A stretch of DNA of 64,000 nucleotides from Limnochordia bacterium (GCA_050952265.1 JBMNKP010000004.1:101885-165884), one strand, 5' to 3'. Numbered from the stretch's first letter, positions 50,810 through 60,817 are shown. Made by a program: numbers and translations. Notes: generated by a model not told the origin, from the letters alone.

Positions 50810-51054
50810 GGTACCGTACCTCCACAGAAACAGGGCATGCGGCGACCAATGGTGGGATCTGACCCTGTGCAAAACTCTTCGCTATCCACGGGCAAAACCC
50901 CTTCTGCACTTACCACATGACTTACGGTCGCTTAACGAAAAAGATCGGTTCCCTTGGCTGTTGGAACGCATAGACGATGTGGAACACAGATCGCTTTACC
51001 CACAGTGAAAGGTCTTTGGCGGGTTGTCCAACAGCACTACTCCCCAGCACCATT

Positions 51055-51343
51055 CCCGTGGCTTTTTCTGCTCGCAGAAGGTTTTGGGTTCCCATCTCCT
51101 GACTTCGATCCTTCTTCGTCCCTTCACACCACCTCTACGTCGTTTGCCTCGTGTTCCCACTTGAGCCTCACGTACCCGCTCTCCAAGCCAACATCGGTTC
51201 GCTCGCGCTGTGTTCCAAGGCGCCCCTCGGTTTCCTCCAGACGCCACTGCTGCCAGTGATGCCGTTGCCTGCGGTTACCTTCCCGCTGGTTGGGCGGTAC
51301 GGTTCCTCTCAACCCATCGGCACGGCAGACATGCCGGGCACAC
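51055..51343 (-). mobile_element. Group IIC intron remnant 1 (internally deleted; no IEP, no domain V/VI seen)
   Basis: Begins GTGTGCCCGGCATG directly after a terminator; block-wise similar to the remnant at 54240-55282. Confidence 0.8.
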
Positions 51344-51370
51344 AAAAAGCGATCCAGCTGCCTGGACCGC
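51344..51370 (-). terminator. Rho-independent terminator, insertion target of intron remnant 1
   Basis: Minus strand gcggtccag-gcag-ctggatcgc-ttttt, then the intron 5' end. Confidence 0.8.
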
Positions 51371-51627
51371 TGCGTCTGTCTGGCCGGATACTCGTACAGA
51401 CCCGGCCTCTTCATGGGAAGGCCGGTTTTCGTGTACGACTTGGTGAGGCCGTAGACGAGATTACCTTCCTCAAGACCAGGAAGATGGAAAATGTCCAAAA
51501 CCTCCACCACCATGGTGGCGCTGGCAGGATGTCCTCGGTGAAGGTCACCTCCTCGGCCCCGGGAGGTCATTTCCGCTCTGTGGCGAATAATGTGCTTCGG
51601 CACTTCAATCGCAAAGGATGAACTAGA

Positions 51628-52365
51628 TTGGCAGCTCGCTATCGCTTACTGGCTCTCGATCTTGACGGAACAACCCTTAACTCCCACGGCCGAGCTTCGC
51701 GCAAGACACGTTATTGGATCAGGAAGGCTTTGGAAGCGGGGGTTGTTGTGGTCTGCGCCACAGGGCGCGGCCGCCCCAAAGCCCAGGACTTGTGGGACAG
51801 CGTTTTCTCCGGGTCTCCCGCCATCTTCGCCAACGGCGGCGAAATCTGGCTCGACCCCGCCACCCTACTGGAACGCCGTTACATGGAAACCGACTGCGTA
51901 CGCCGTGTGTACGAGCTGGCTGCGGAAGTTGGCGGTGCCTTCTGGGGATACAATGATGAAGGGCTGGTGCATGGCCACGAGCTGAACCTAGACCAGCTGG
52001 AGGGCGGCTGGTACAAGTGTGTGGTCTTCCATCCGGACCCAACCACCACGGAGGCCGTCCGGGAATTGGTTGCTGCCTGGGCCGGCGTTTCCGTCACATC
52101 ATCCCACCCACGCATCGCGGAGATCGGCGCCAGGGGCGTATCAAAACGGGCAGCCGTGGAACGGCTCTGCCGGGAGTTCAGCGTCTCCATGGAGGACGTG
52201 ATGGCTGTGGGCGACAGCCAAAATGACATCGACCTCTTGCAGGCGGCAGGCCTGGGCGTGGCCATGGGAAACGCCCTGCCAGAAGTGAAAGCCGCGGCTG
52301 ATCGGGTAACCAAGTCGAATCGCGCCAACGGAGTGGCGTGGGCGATTCGCAAGTTCCTACTGTGA
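51628..52365 (+). CDS. Cof-type HAD-IIB hydrolase
   Basis: LALDLDGTTL, ATGR, GVSKRAAV and AVGDSQNDIDLL..AGLGVAMGNA. Confidence 0.92.
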   Translation: MAARYRLLALDLDGTTLNSHGRASRKTRYWIRKALEAGVVVVCATGRGRPKAQDLWDSVFSGSPAIFANGGEIWLDPATLLERRYMETDCVRRVYELAAEVGGAFWGYNDEGLVHGHELNLDQLEGGWYKCVVFHPDPTTTEAVRELVAAWAGVSVTSSHPRIAEIGARGVSKRAAVERLCREFSVSMEDVMAVGDSQNDIDLLQAAGLGVAMGNALPEVKAAADRVTKSNRANGVAWAIRKFLL

Positions 52366-52373
52366 GCCGTGCG

Positions 52374-52412
52374 CGCCGCGCCATATCCCTTCCATAACAG
52401 GGTGGCGCGGCG
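52374..52412. terminator. GC-rich hairpin between convergent genes
   Basis: cgccgcgcca...tggcgcggcg. Confidence 0.5.
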
Positions 52413-52502
52413 TCACCTACTCGAGGGGGAAATCCGCCGTTCCCACTCCCGGCTGCTCCCAGTTCATCTCTCCAGTTGACCGAAAATCTTCCGGTGATCC
52501 GC

Positions 52503-53639
52503 TTAGAATATGATCCGGTACTTTCCGCTCAGTGCCAGCAGGCTGAAGAAATAGAGACAGTTGTCGTAGTAGCGCCGCTTCCCCTGGCGGAGAGGAAGGT
52601 TCCAGAAGCGCTCCACAAAGGCCTTCCTGTGGGGCCCATCGCTGGCCAGTGAGGCAGCAGCGTTCGTTGCCAAGAGACCTACGGGATGGAGCGCCGGTTC
52701 TTCTATAACAGTACCATCCACCGCGTAGACCTTATATTCATCCATGGGCACATGGGCAAAGAACTCCTGGATGCGGTTGGACTGCTCAACCTGCCAGGGA
52801 TCGGCCCGGAACCACTCATAGTCGAGAGCCACATTAAGGGCAACACGGTACGAGTCGCTGTAGAAGTTGCCGTGGCCGCGGGTGAAGTTTGGTGTGCCGT
52901 CATACTCCGCATACTCTGGGGCAAGCCCGGTTACGGGATGGCAGGCGAGCTTGAGATAGCGTCGGCTGGCAGCAGCAGCCTCTTTCCAGAACTGACGATC
53001 CCCTTCCGGCCCCCAGAGTGAGAACAGTTCATAGAAATGGGGCAGATGGTACGAGGGGTCTGTCCAAGGAGTCTCCGGCACAAACTTGATCAGCTTGTTG
53101 GCCGGATCCCACATGGGGTCGCCTTCTTCACCGTCCTCGCCTTTGTGGACACAGGCGGTAAGGATCTGCTTGGCCTGCCTGCTGTAGTCAAAGGGGTACT
53201 CCCCATCCCCCCAGCGGTTGGAGGCAAACAAGAGCGCCATGGCAAAATACTCTTCCCCGTCAGGCGCCGGGCCTTGGGCAAGGCGGGTTCCGTCCGGCCG
53301 GCATGACCAGGCGAAGTAGTACTTGTACCGGCCGCTGTCATGCCACATATAGGTGTGGGTCCACTTCCAGATCCGGTTGAACAGCTCCTGATCGTCCATC
53401 TGCACGGCCATCATCATCCCATAGGACTGGCCTTCAGTGCGCACGTCCAGGTTCCCGGTGTCCAGCAGGTAACCCATATCGTCCCCGGCAGGGTAGTAGA
53501 TGCGGGTGTTGTCATCGCCAAAGAACAGCTGTTCAAAGGTATGGGCAACCTTCTTCTCGATCTCTTCCTCCGAGTAACCCAGCTCCAGGAAAACATTGCG
53601 GTACTTACGGGTGAAAAACGCGCCCTTTCCGTTGGTCAT
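52503..53639 (-). CDS. rex: GH8 reducing-end xylose-releasing exo-oligoxylanase (Rex-like)
   Basis: DVRTEGQSYGMM, GPAPDGEEY, TDPSYHLPHFY, YSDSYRV and RYYDNCLY; no signal peptide. Confidence 0.88.
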   Translation of the reverse strand: MTNGKGAFFTRKYRNVFLELGYSEEEIEKKVAHTFEQLFFGDDNTRIYYPAGDDMGYLLDTGNLDVRTEGQSYGMMMAVQMDDQELFNRIWKWTHTYMWHDSGRYKYYFAWSCRPDGTRLAQGPAPDGEEYFAMALLFASNRWGDGEYPFDYSRQAKQILTACVHKGEDGEEGDPMWDPANKLIKFVPETPWTDPSYHLPHFYELFSLWGPEGDRQFWKEAAAASRRYLKLACHPVTGLAPEYAEYDGTPNFTRGHGNFYSDSYRVALNVALDYEWFRADPWQVEQSNRIQEFFAHVPMDEYKVYAVDGTVIEEPALHPVGLLATNAAASLASDGPHRKAFVERFWNLPLRQGKRRYYDNCLYFFSLLALSGKYRIIF

Positions 53640-54239
53640 CTTTCTCCACTCCTTGGTCTACCTGGCCTAACTCCAGTTTTCGTACGGCTAGAATAACCAA
53701 CAAACAGCACACACCACCTTCAGCTGGCCGGAGACATCCGAACCTCACAGCTGACCAGGGGAGCACCAGTCCTCCGATGGACATGGCAAGGTAGACTCTG
53801 CCCCGTTCCGGGTCGTTCAATCTGAGGAGGTACTCGCCTGAGCGCTCCGCAAAGCCAGCGCTGTATGTGTGACCTTTGTAGAGAACTTTACGCCTGTGCA
53901 TCGGCCCCATCGCAGTCCGAATACGGGGGACCGTCGCCCTGATACTATGTCTATACTATGACACGCATCTGGAAATCCCTTTCTAGAGAGGAAACCTCCC
54001 TCAACCGACAGGCCAAACGACACCTCCAGCTCACGACGGGAGCGCCGCCTTATTCCCAAGCGGACCGGAGCGTTCACCGAGAAACGACACACCCTCGCCA
54101 CGGCCGACGGAGAAAACTTGCTGCGAAGGAAAGATCGAATAGGCGGCCGCTGGGTGAGCAACCTGGCGGCTTTCCTCTCCAAGGCCGGTGCGTGCGGGCC
54201 GGTCCTGAAGAATCTACCGCCGCCCACAGAGACGATGCG

Positions 54240-54680
54240 TCAATGGTCCAGTGTGTCAGAACACTTGGACAAGTCCATGTCCACCAGGTAAGTCAGTCCA
54301 CAGCGCCTTAGAAACTGCTCCGCTTTGGCAACTGCCGGAGCGCTTTGGACGATAACCGTAACTTGATGGATGGAAGTCTGGCTCGAAGATGGGCTCGATT
54401 ATCTCGCGTAGTGCCTGTCAGACCACCCGGCCTTTTGCCATGGGTATGCCATGAGGTCTTTTCCTTCCACCCTCTTTCTCGATTTCCGCCCGCCTCACTG
54501 GACTAGGCTGGTACGTGTTGGTTCAGCTCAGCATGGATAGCGGCCAAGTTCTCCTCAAGACGCGCCTGATAGTCCTTCACGGTCTCCCCATCTATTCCAG
54601 GAGCGCCGTTGCTGGACTTGACGTGTTTGAAGGTCGTCCATGGCACAGACTTTGCCCACCAAACTGTACCACTTGTGCAT
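54240..54680 (-). pseudogene. ltrA: Group II intron reverse transcriptase/maturase fragment
   Basis: Across frameshifts: MHKWYSLVGKV..NGAPGIDGETV..LEENL..YQPSPVRRAEIEKEGGRKRPHGIP..RVV*QAL..IEPIFEPDFHPSSYGYRPKRS..VDMDLSKCSDTLDH*; stops at 54418-54420 and 54240-54242. Confidence 0.85.
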
Positions 54681-55282
54681 GCCAGAGCCTCCGATTGTGC
54701 TGAGCGTCCACTTCTCCATCCCTGTGCTGGCACAGTTGCTTCGACCAGGGGCTGTTGTCAGCTCACAGTACGTTTCAGGCTCGCTTCTGCTCACTTCGAT
54801 TCTTCTTCGCCCCTTCACGTCACCGAAGGGCTTTTGACCCCAGAGCGCCTCTTGTATGCACAGACGTCCCCCGAGTTTTCGCCTCCCACCTGTTACCAGG
54901 GTTCACAGGCTTGGGGTTCATCTACTACGGGCCCATCTGCCACCCCCAATGCTTCGCTTGGCCTCGTGTTTCCACTTGCGCCTCACTTACCCGCCCCTTC
55001 ATATGGGACATTGGTGGCTTCCCCGGTAAGTCTACCTGCCCTGCCTTGAAGCCCTCCGTCCTAACTTGCAGGGTCATCCAGCTATCGGGCTTTCCCATCT
55101 CTTGCAGGGTTACCCACTCTTCAAGCCAACCTCGGTTCACCTGCGTTATGTTCCAAGGCACCCCTCGGCTTCCTCCAAAACCCGCTGTTCGCAGTGGCAC
55201 CCTTGCCTGCTGGTAACCTTCCCGCTGGTTGGGGGATAGGGTTTCTTTCAACCCATCGGCTCGTTAGACATGCCGCGCACAC
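54240..55282 (-). mobile_element. Group IIC intron remnant 2 (5' ribozyme domains plus the first part of the IEP; 3' end missing)
   Basis: Starts GTGTGCGCGGCATG right after the lipoprotein gene terminator; IIC domain-I motifs (GCAAGGGTG..GGAGGAAGCCGAGG..GGAACA; CTTACCGGGGAAG). Confidence 0.85.
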
Positions 55283-55318
55283 AAGAAGACCCCGCGGGTT
55301 CACCCGCGAGGTCTCTTT
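55283..55318 (-). terminator. Terminator of the surface-lipoprotein gene, insertion target of intron remnant 2
   Basis: Minus strand agacctcgcgggt-ga-acccgcggggtct-tctt, then GTGTG. Confidence 0.8.
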
Positions 55319-55347
55319 GTGTAGTAACAGTTTCCGATCTACCGCTA

Positions 55348-58300
55348 CTACTGTGCGACAGGTGTTTGGTAATCCAGTGTGGTCTGTAGACCCAGATCCA
55401 TGATTTTCACAGTGATGGTGACCAGCTCGCCTGCGCTTTTCTCGTCAACCAGCTGCTTGAAATCAGAGCCTTCGAACTTGATCTGACCCTCGCCTGCTGC
55501 AAAGTCAACGTAGGCAAGGCCTTCCTTGTCGGGATCGTTGCCTAAGGGCATGATCCCCGCTGTTGTGGTAGCCTTCTTGGCCCAACTCAACTCAACCTCA
55601 ACCGAGGTGGCCGTGAAGTCAGTCAACTGGTCGAATGCATCTTGGATCTTCAAACCAATGTCGCCAAATATCCACTCTGCAACTACCTTTGCCGGATCGC
55701 CGGGTGTGATTGTAATGAACTCATCGCTCATACCCCAGGCATACCAATCCAACTCATCAAACGTGACTTCAACAGTGAGGTTTTCACCCATCTTGCGAGC
55801 GGGCACCTCAACAGACCCAACCCCATGTTCGAATTTGAAGCGACGGTTGTACTTCTCCGAGTATCCGCTCCCGAACCACGGATCGTAGATCAGGACTTCG
55901 CCGTCGACTTCGCCGGTGAAGGTGTAGACGGTTCTATCTTCCCACCCGCTATTCGTCCACACGGAGTACAGCAACTCAACACTAACCTTCACCGTGTCAC
56001 CGGTCTTGTACTCGAGGGCATCGGTTGTGATCTTAACACCCGTCGGGTACGCGTCAACGGTAAACGGATCGGTCGTGACGGTGCCCTTGTAGAGAACCTT
56101 GCCATCGTCGTCCTTTACCTCGATAGTCAGATCCGCTACAAGGTCTTCTGCGATTTCCTTTCCATAGAACGGGTTGTCTAAGACCAACCAGGCTGTACCA
56201 CCCGAAAACTCATAGCTGGAGACAGCTTTCATGGGGTCGCACCCCGTGATCTCGACAACTGCTGAAGGACTGCTTCCGTCAAACCCCCAATATGACTTGC
56301 CATTCTTGTTCAAGGCCTTGAGCTTGAACCAAATCTGTGAGTACTGAACATAGGTTGGACGGACCTCAACAACAAGCTTGTCAAATGTATCCCATCTGCA
56401 GTCGTCGTTTCCGAACTCGATGGCCCGCTTGATATCTTGGATCGATGCGCATTCGAACTCCGAGAACCAGTAGATATAGTACGGCATCCTGTCGCGATGG
56501 AAGTCCAGCTCTTCATCCTCTAGATCGAAGTCGACCTCGATCCCGTACTCCAATATCGGAGTCACGGCGTCGAGCTTTTGAAGGAGGCCTTCCACAAGAT
56601 CCGCATCGGGTTCGGCTTTTTTGGATTCTTCAACGATATCCGCCACGATTGATGCGACACAGTCCTGGTTTACCCCATTCACTGTGCCTTGGATCTCCTC
56701 TGTCCAAATACTCAGGATTTCCTCCAACACTTCGGCAACAGGATCATCCGCCTTCGCCAGCCCGTTGATGCTGTCCTCGTCGAACGGCGAGAGATCTTTC
56801 AGGCGCTTCAAATACTCCTTGAGATTCTCGACGTAGACATAGTCAAAATCGGCGGCTTGGAGTGCAGCGTACAACTGTTCCTCGTTATTGGCGGCCTTCA
56901 CGTCGACTAGGAGATCTACATCATCAAACAGACCGGCCACAGCGTCTTTGTCGACGTACTCGTCCGATACATAAGGCAACCGGGACTTGGAAACGGACAG
57001 GCGGTCAGGATCAAGCCTTGCAAAACCCAAGACGATAGACTCTGCGAACTTGAGGGCGTTGATTACATCGATGATCTTCTGGAGATCTTCGATCAACACG
57101 AGTCTCAGGTCGATCTCAGCGATGGTGGTCATGTAAGCCTTAAGGATTTCCTGGTCCTCCAGGTTAAGGCGTTCAAAGTACCCCGCGTACTCAACGAGCG
57201 CCTTTTTAAACTCTGTCAGGTCTTTTGTCTTTGCAGCCTTGATGATCGCCTGAGTAACGTCACGGTCATTTTCGAGGTCGATGGCTTTCTCGACGATCTT
57301 CTCTTGGATGTAATTTACGCGCTCAAGGCCATCAGAAGGAGGAACAACGTCGAGCAGTTGCTTCTCCGCCAAGTACACGTAGATATCCAGATACCCGCGC
57401 TCGACATCCCAGAAGGCCTGCAGAGCGTCAAAGAACTCAAGGACCGAGTCAAAACCGAGATCCAACGCGTCGTAGACGGCTTCAAAGCGCTTGTTGTAAA
57501 TGTCGTCCACTTTTCCGCGCTTGATGTTGAGGCGCTTTTTCAACTCACTCCGCTCAAGGCCGTTGGGTACTTCTTCGACCGCTTTCAGTGCGTCTTCGAA
57601 GAGAGTCTCGAACTCGGAGACCTGTGCGTAGCGCTCAGGGCCTGTGAAGTCCTCCACTGCCTTGACAAGCTTCTCAGCTTTCTTCACAGGATCCGCTTTT
57701 ACGGTCACTGTGGCTGACCATACCCGCGGATCGCCTTCAACCTGAGTCTGGATGTCCTTTTTGAGCGTGAGAGAGGCAGTAAGGGTTACTGTCTCATCCT
57801 GAGCACTGCGAGTCACATTTCCATCTGTGTCGATCACTGCAGGATTGCTCGAAGTCCAGACAGCGGTAAACTCACGACCGTCGTCAAGTTTGAACGTCTT
57901 GGGAAGGTTGATCTTGTCACCGGTGATCGGTTCATCGGGCTTGATCAAATCGGTCAGATAATCCTGAGCATCTTGGTATGCCGGCTCGTCATCTTCTGGG
58001 ACAAAGAGCACGATTACCTTTATCTGGGCCTTTAGGCCATCAGGGTTCGTCAAACCCTCTACTAGTTTGAGAACACCCTCAAGTGTATTCTCTCCCGCCT
58101 TGTCAGGATCGTAATCGTCCTCGGCCCACTCAACCGCTAGGTCGACTTTGCTGTCATCACTCAAGGTGACTTCGACAGTGTCGGGTAGGTTCAGATCGGC
58201 AAAGGGCGTGCCGATGAGCACCTTCACGTCAGCTTGCGGGGCAACAGCTTTGATCGCGAGCGTTTCCTTGATAATGATCTTAATCGAAGCTTCGATGTTG

Positions 58301-58851
58301 TCCGGGTTGATGATGCCTTCCTTGAGCTGGAGAGCGCCCTTGAGCGTGTAGGTGCCGATCTTGGCCGGATCATAGTCACCTGCGGCCCACTCTACCTCAA
58401 GCTCTTCTTAGCTGCCATCATCCAAGGTCACTTCCGCCTTTGCGGGCAGATCCAGTTCGTCAAATGCCGGAGCTTCCCCGAGGAAGTATTCCTTGTCATC
58501 GAAAGACTGAACGGCCGCGATCTTCTTGTCGGTTTCCTGATCCGGGATAGCCTTGAAGTTGTAGGCTCCACTTGAGGTTACCTTAGCCTCTGCAGGGTCG
58601 AAAGAGTATCCGTCCTTAACAGGGACAATGATGGTACCCTCTTTGAGCTTCTTCAGCTCAGCCATACCGCTCTCGTTGGTTTCCGCAAGGAGAGTTCCGG
58701 TCTGCGATCCCTCGCGGATCTCCACACCGGCCACTTCTGGGTCGATTTGGACTGTGATGTCGAAGGTCTTCGGGCCAAAGCAGCCGGACAGGAGGGACAC
58801 AACGAGCAGCAACGCAACTACCGCCATGCGTTTGTTAAGCTTTAACAACAC
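55348..58851 (-). pseudogene. Large surface lipoprotein (Ig-like repeats + helical region), interrupted by one in-frame TAA at 58408-58410
   Basis: Lipobox LLSGC. ORFs 58408..58851 and 55348..58227 share one frame, and the sequence between them continues a Big_4-like repeat (VTLDDGS*EELEVEW..DYDP vs VTLSDDSKVDLAVEW..DYDP). An atrophied-Ig-like motif WTSSNPAVIDTDGNVTR is also present. Confidence 0.85.
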
Positions 58852-58857
58852 TCTTCA

Positions 58858-58890
58858 CCTCCATAGTTTTGGCCAGCGCATCCTGCGCTG
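58858..58890 (-). promoter_or_regulatory. Putative two-site CsrA target in the lipoprotein leader
   Basis: Minus strand CAGCGC-AGGAU-GCGCUG hairpin with GGA in the loop, 18 nt upstream of the AUGGAGG Shine-Dalgarno. Confidence 0.5.
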
Positions 58891-59374
58891 CGACTGTTTC
58901 CACCCCTACGAACGCATGAAGCATTTACCGCAGGCGCGGTTCTACAGCTACTGGTCCTTGAGAACTGTGCTGTATTATGCTGTCCTTCTCCCCCCTTCTG
59001 TCGGGTGCGCAACCCCCAGTAGTAGGACGCAGTGCACGCCCTTTATGCACACGTATCCGCAGGGTGTTTCCGTGTTCCCACCGCGTGGATACGCTTGCGC
59101 CAAAACTACGAACCCCCTCACTGGGCATCCCCGTCCAGATCAACCGGTTAGCTTCGCTTGCAGCGCACTTCTCAACCACAAATCAAAAAGGACAATCCAC
59201 CTCTGCTGAGCCGCTGCTGTGTCCTACAGCCGCAAGCAAAGCCACATGGATCGTCCTTGGGTATTCATCTTTTGCCAAGCTAAGGGCGTATGCCCGAACA
59301 ACTTTTCCTTGTTTTTTCGACGTACCGGGCGCAACTCCTTCTGCCCTTCCGCGTATGCACGCAAGAACTTCCCT

Positions 59375-59578
59375 CTACTCTAACCCCGCCGTATCGTGTT
59401 CTTCGTCAACGGACCGGTTGCCGTTGTTCTGTTCGTAAACCTCTCCCCGGGTTATACTCACATGCTTCGGCGCCTTGATCGCCAGGCGCAGGTCCCCCCT
59501 GCTGCTGCGCACCACCTTTACCATAATGTCATCGCCGATCATCACGTATTCCCCCGGTTTGCGTCCCAAAACGAGCAA
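59375..59578 (-). CDS. csrA: Carbon storage regulator CsrA (stand-alone)
   Basis: MLVLGRKPGEYVMIGDDI.VKVV....LRLAIKAPK.V.I.RGEVY; TTG start behind GGGGGTGG. Confidence 0.88.
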   Translation of the reverse strand: MLVLGRKPGEYVMIGDDIMVKVVRSSRGDLRLAIKAPKHVSITRGEVYEQNNGNRSVDEEHDTAGLE

Positions 59579-59887
59579 TGACGTTCCACCCCCTGTGCAA
59601 CTCACCCCAGTAGGTCAGCAGATCACGAGCAGCTGCCTGCTGCGGTCTCAACTGAGCCATAGTCTGCGACCTTGGGCACACCGCGATCGCCATCCGTGGT
59701 CCGTCCATTGCCTCGATTTCGAGCACCGTCGGAAATCGTCTGTTTACTGTTTTGAGGAGGTTTTCGCCATTTTGACACAAATTCCTGCTCGGGGGAACAA
59801 TTTTGCTAGCACTGAAAAATGTGCTGACCCGGGATAGCCGGCTGACTCTGTCGGGGCCACTTAAGCACTGCTCCCGGCACCTAATAG

Positions 59888-59913
59888 GAAGCTCCTACCT
59901 GCGCAGGAGCTTC
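59888..59913 (-). terminator. Hairpin downstream of oppC
   Basis: gaagctcct..aggagcttc; weak U-tract. Confidence 0.45.
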
Positions 59914-59930
59914 TTCGCCATGCCGCTTCT

Positions 59931-60806
59931 TTAACTCAGGTCCTGTCTGGGATCGAAGGCATCCCGCAGTCCATCGCCCACGAAGTTGATAGCAAGAACC
60001 ACAACGAAGATGGCTGTGCCTGGCGGAAGCCACATCCAGGGCATGTTGGCCAAGATGTGGAGGGGCCTTGCCCTGTTCAGCATGTTTCCCCAGGAAGGTG
60101 CCGGTGGGGGCACACCCAGACCCAGGAAGCTCAGCCCCGCTTCAGACAGGATCGCCGAGGCCACCTCAAGCGTGGCCGAAACGAGAAGGGGCGACAGTGC
60201 ATTGGGAAGGACATGCCGGAACATGATCCTGGCTGGGCTTGCCCCGATCCCTTCGGCCGCGGTGACGAAGTCTGTCGTCTTGAGTTTGAGGAATTCTGCC
60301 CGCAGCAGTCTCGCCGGTCCCGGCCAGGAAAGGATGCCGAGGATGACCATGGTGTTGTAAATGGATGGTCCGAAGATGGCAGCAATGGTGATGGCCACGA
60401 TCAGGAAGGGAAAGCTGTAGAAGATGTCCGCCAGCCGCATGATCACCGTATCCACAGCGCCGCCGAAGAAGCCAGCCAGAGATCCGAGGATCAAGCCGAT
60501 GCTCATGGAGATGCCCACGGCCACTAGGCCCACTGTCAGAGAGATCCTGCCCCCGTAAAGAGTCCGGGCGAGTATATCCCTTCCCATATCATCGGTGCCT
60601 AAGGGGTGTTCCCGGGAGGGCGGTTTGTTGCGATCCCGCAGGTTGTTGCGGTTCGGATCGTAGTCCGTGAGCCAGGGTGCAAAGATGGCGCTGAGTACGA
60701 ACAGAACCAAGACCACCAGCCCGGCTAAGGCCAGCCTGTTCCGGCAGAAACGTCTCCAGACTTTTTTCCCTGTTGTGAGCTGCTCTTGATGCAGTGCTGC
60801 GTCCAT
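59931..60806 (-). CDS. oppC: Oligopeptide ABC permease OppC/DppC
   Basis: F.RN.LA..G, HPLGTDDMGRD..R..YGGRISL and HVLPNALSP. Confidence 0.92.
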   Translation of the reverse strand: MDAALHQEQLTTGKKVWRRFCRNRLALAGLVVLVLFVLSAIFAPWLTDYDPNRNNLRDRNKPPSREHPLGTDDMGRDILARTLYGGRISLTVGLVAVGISMSIGLILGSLAGFFGGAVDTVIMRLADIFYSFPFLIVAITIAAIFGPSIYNTMVILGILSWPGPARLLRAEFLKLKTTDFVTAAEGIGASPARIMFRHVLPNALSPLLVSATLEVASAILSEAGLSFLGLGVPPPAPSWGNMLNRARPLHILANMPWMWLPPGTAIFVVVLAINFVGDGLRDAFDPRQDLS

Positions 60807-60817
60807 CTCTGTCCCCC

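Noticed and set aside
50810-51050. c-di-GMP-I/II riboswitch upstream of the EAL gene (also checked before the surface lipoprotein)
   Set aside because: The GGCAAAC..GAAA..GACGCAAAGC pattern was not found by eye.
50954-51621. Several short ORFs (83-159 aa) on both strands
   Set aside because: They overlie the intron remnant, terminator and hairpin region, and have no RBS or recognisable motifs.
59529-59780. 83-aa ORF upstream of csrA
   Set aside because: Overlaps csrA out of frame, has a weak RBS and no recognisable motif; not supportable as a gene.
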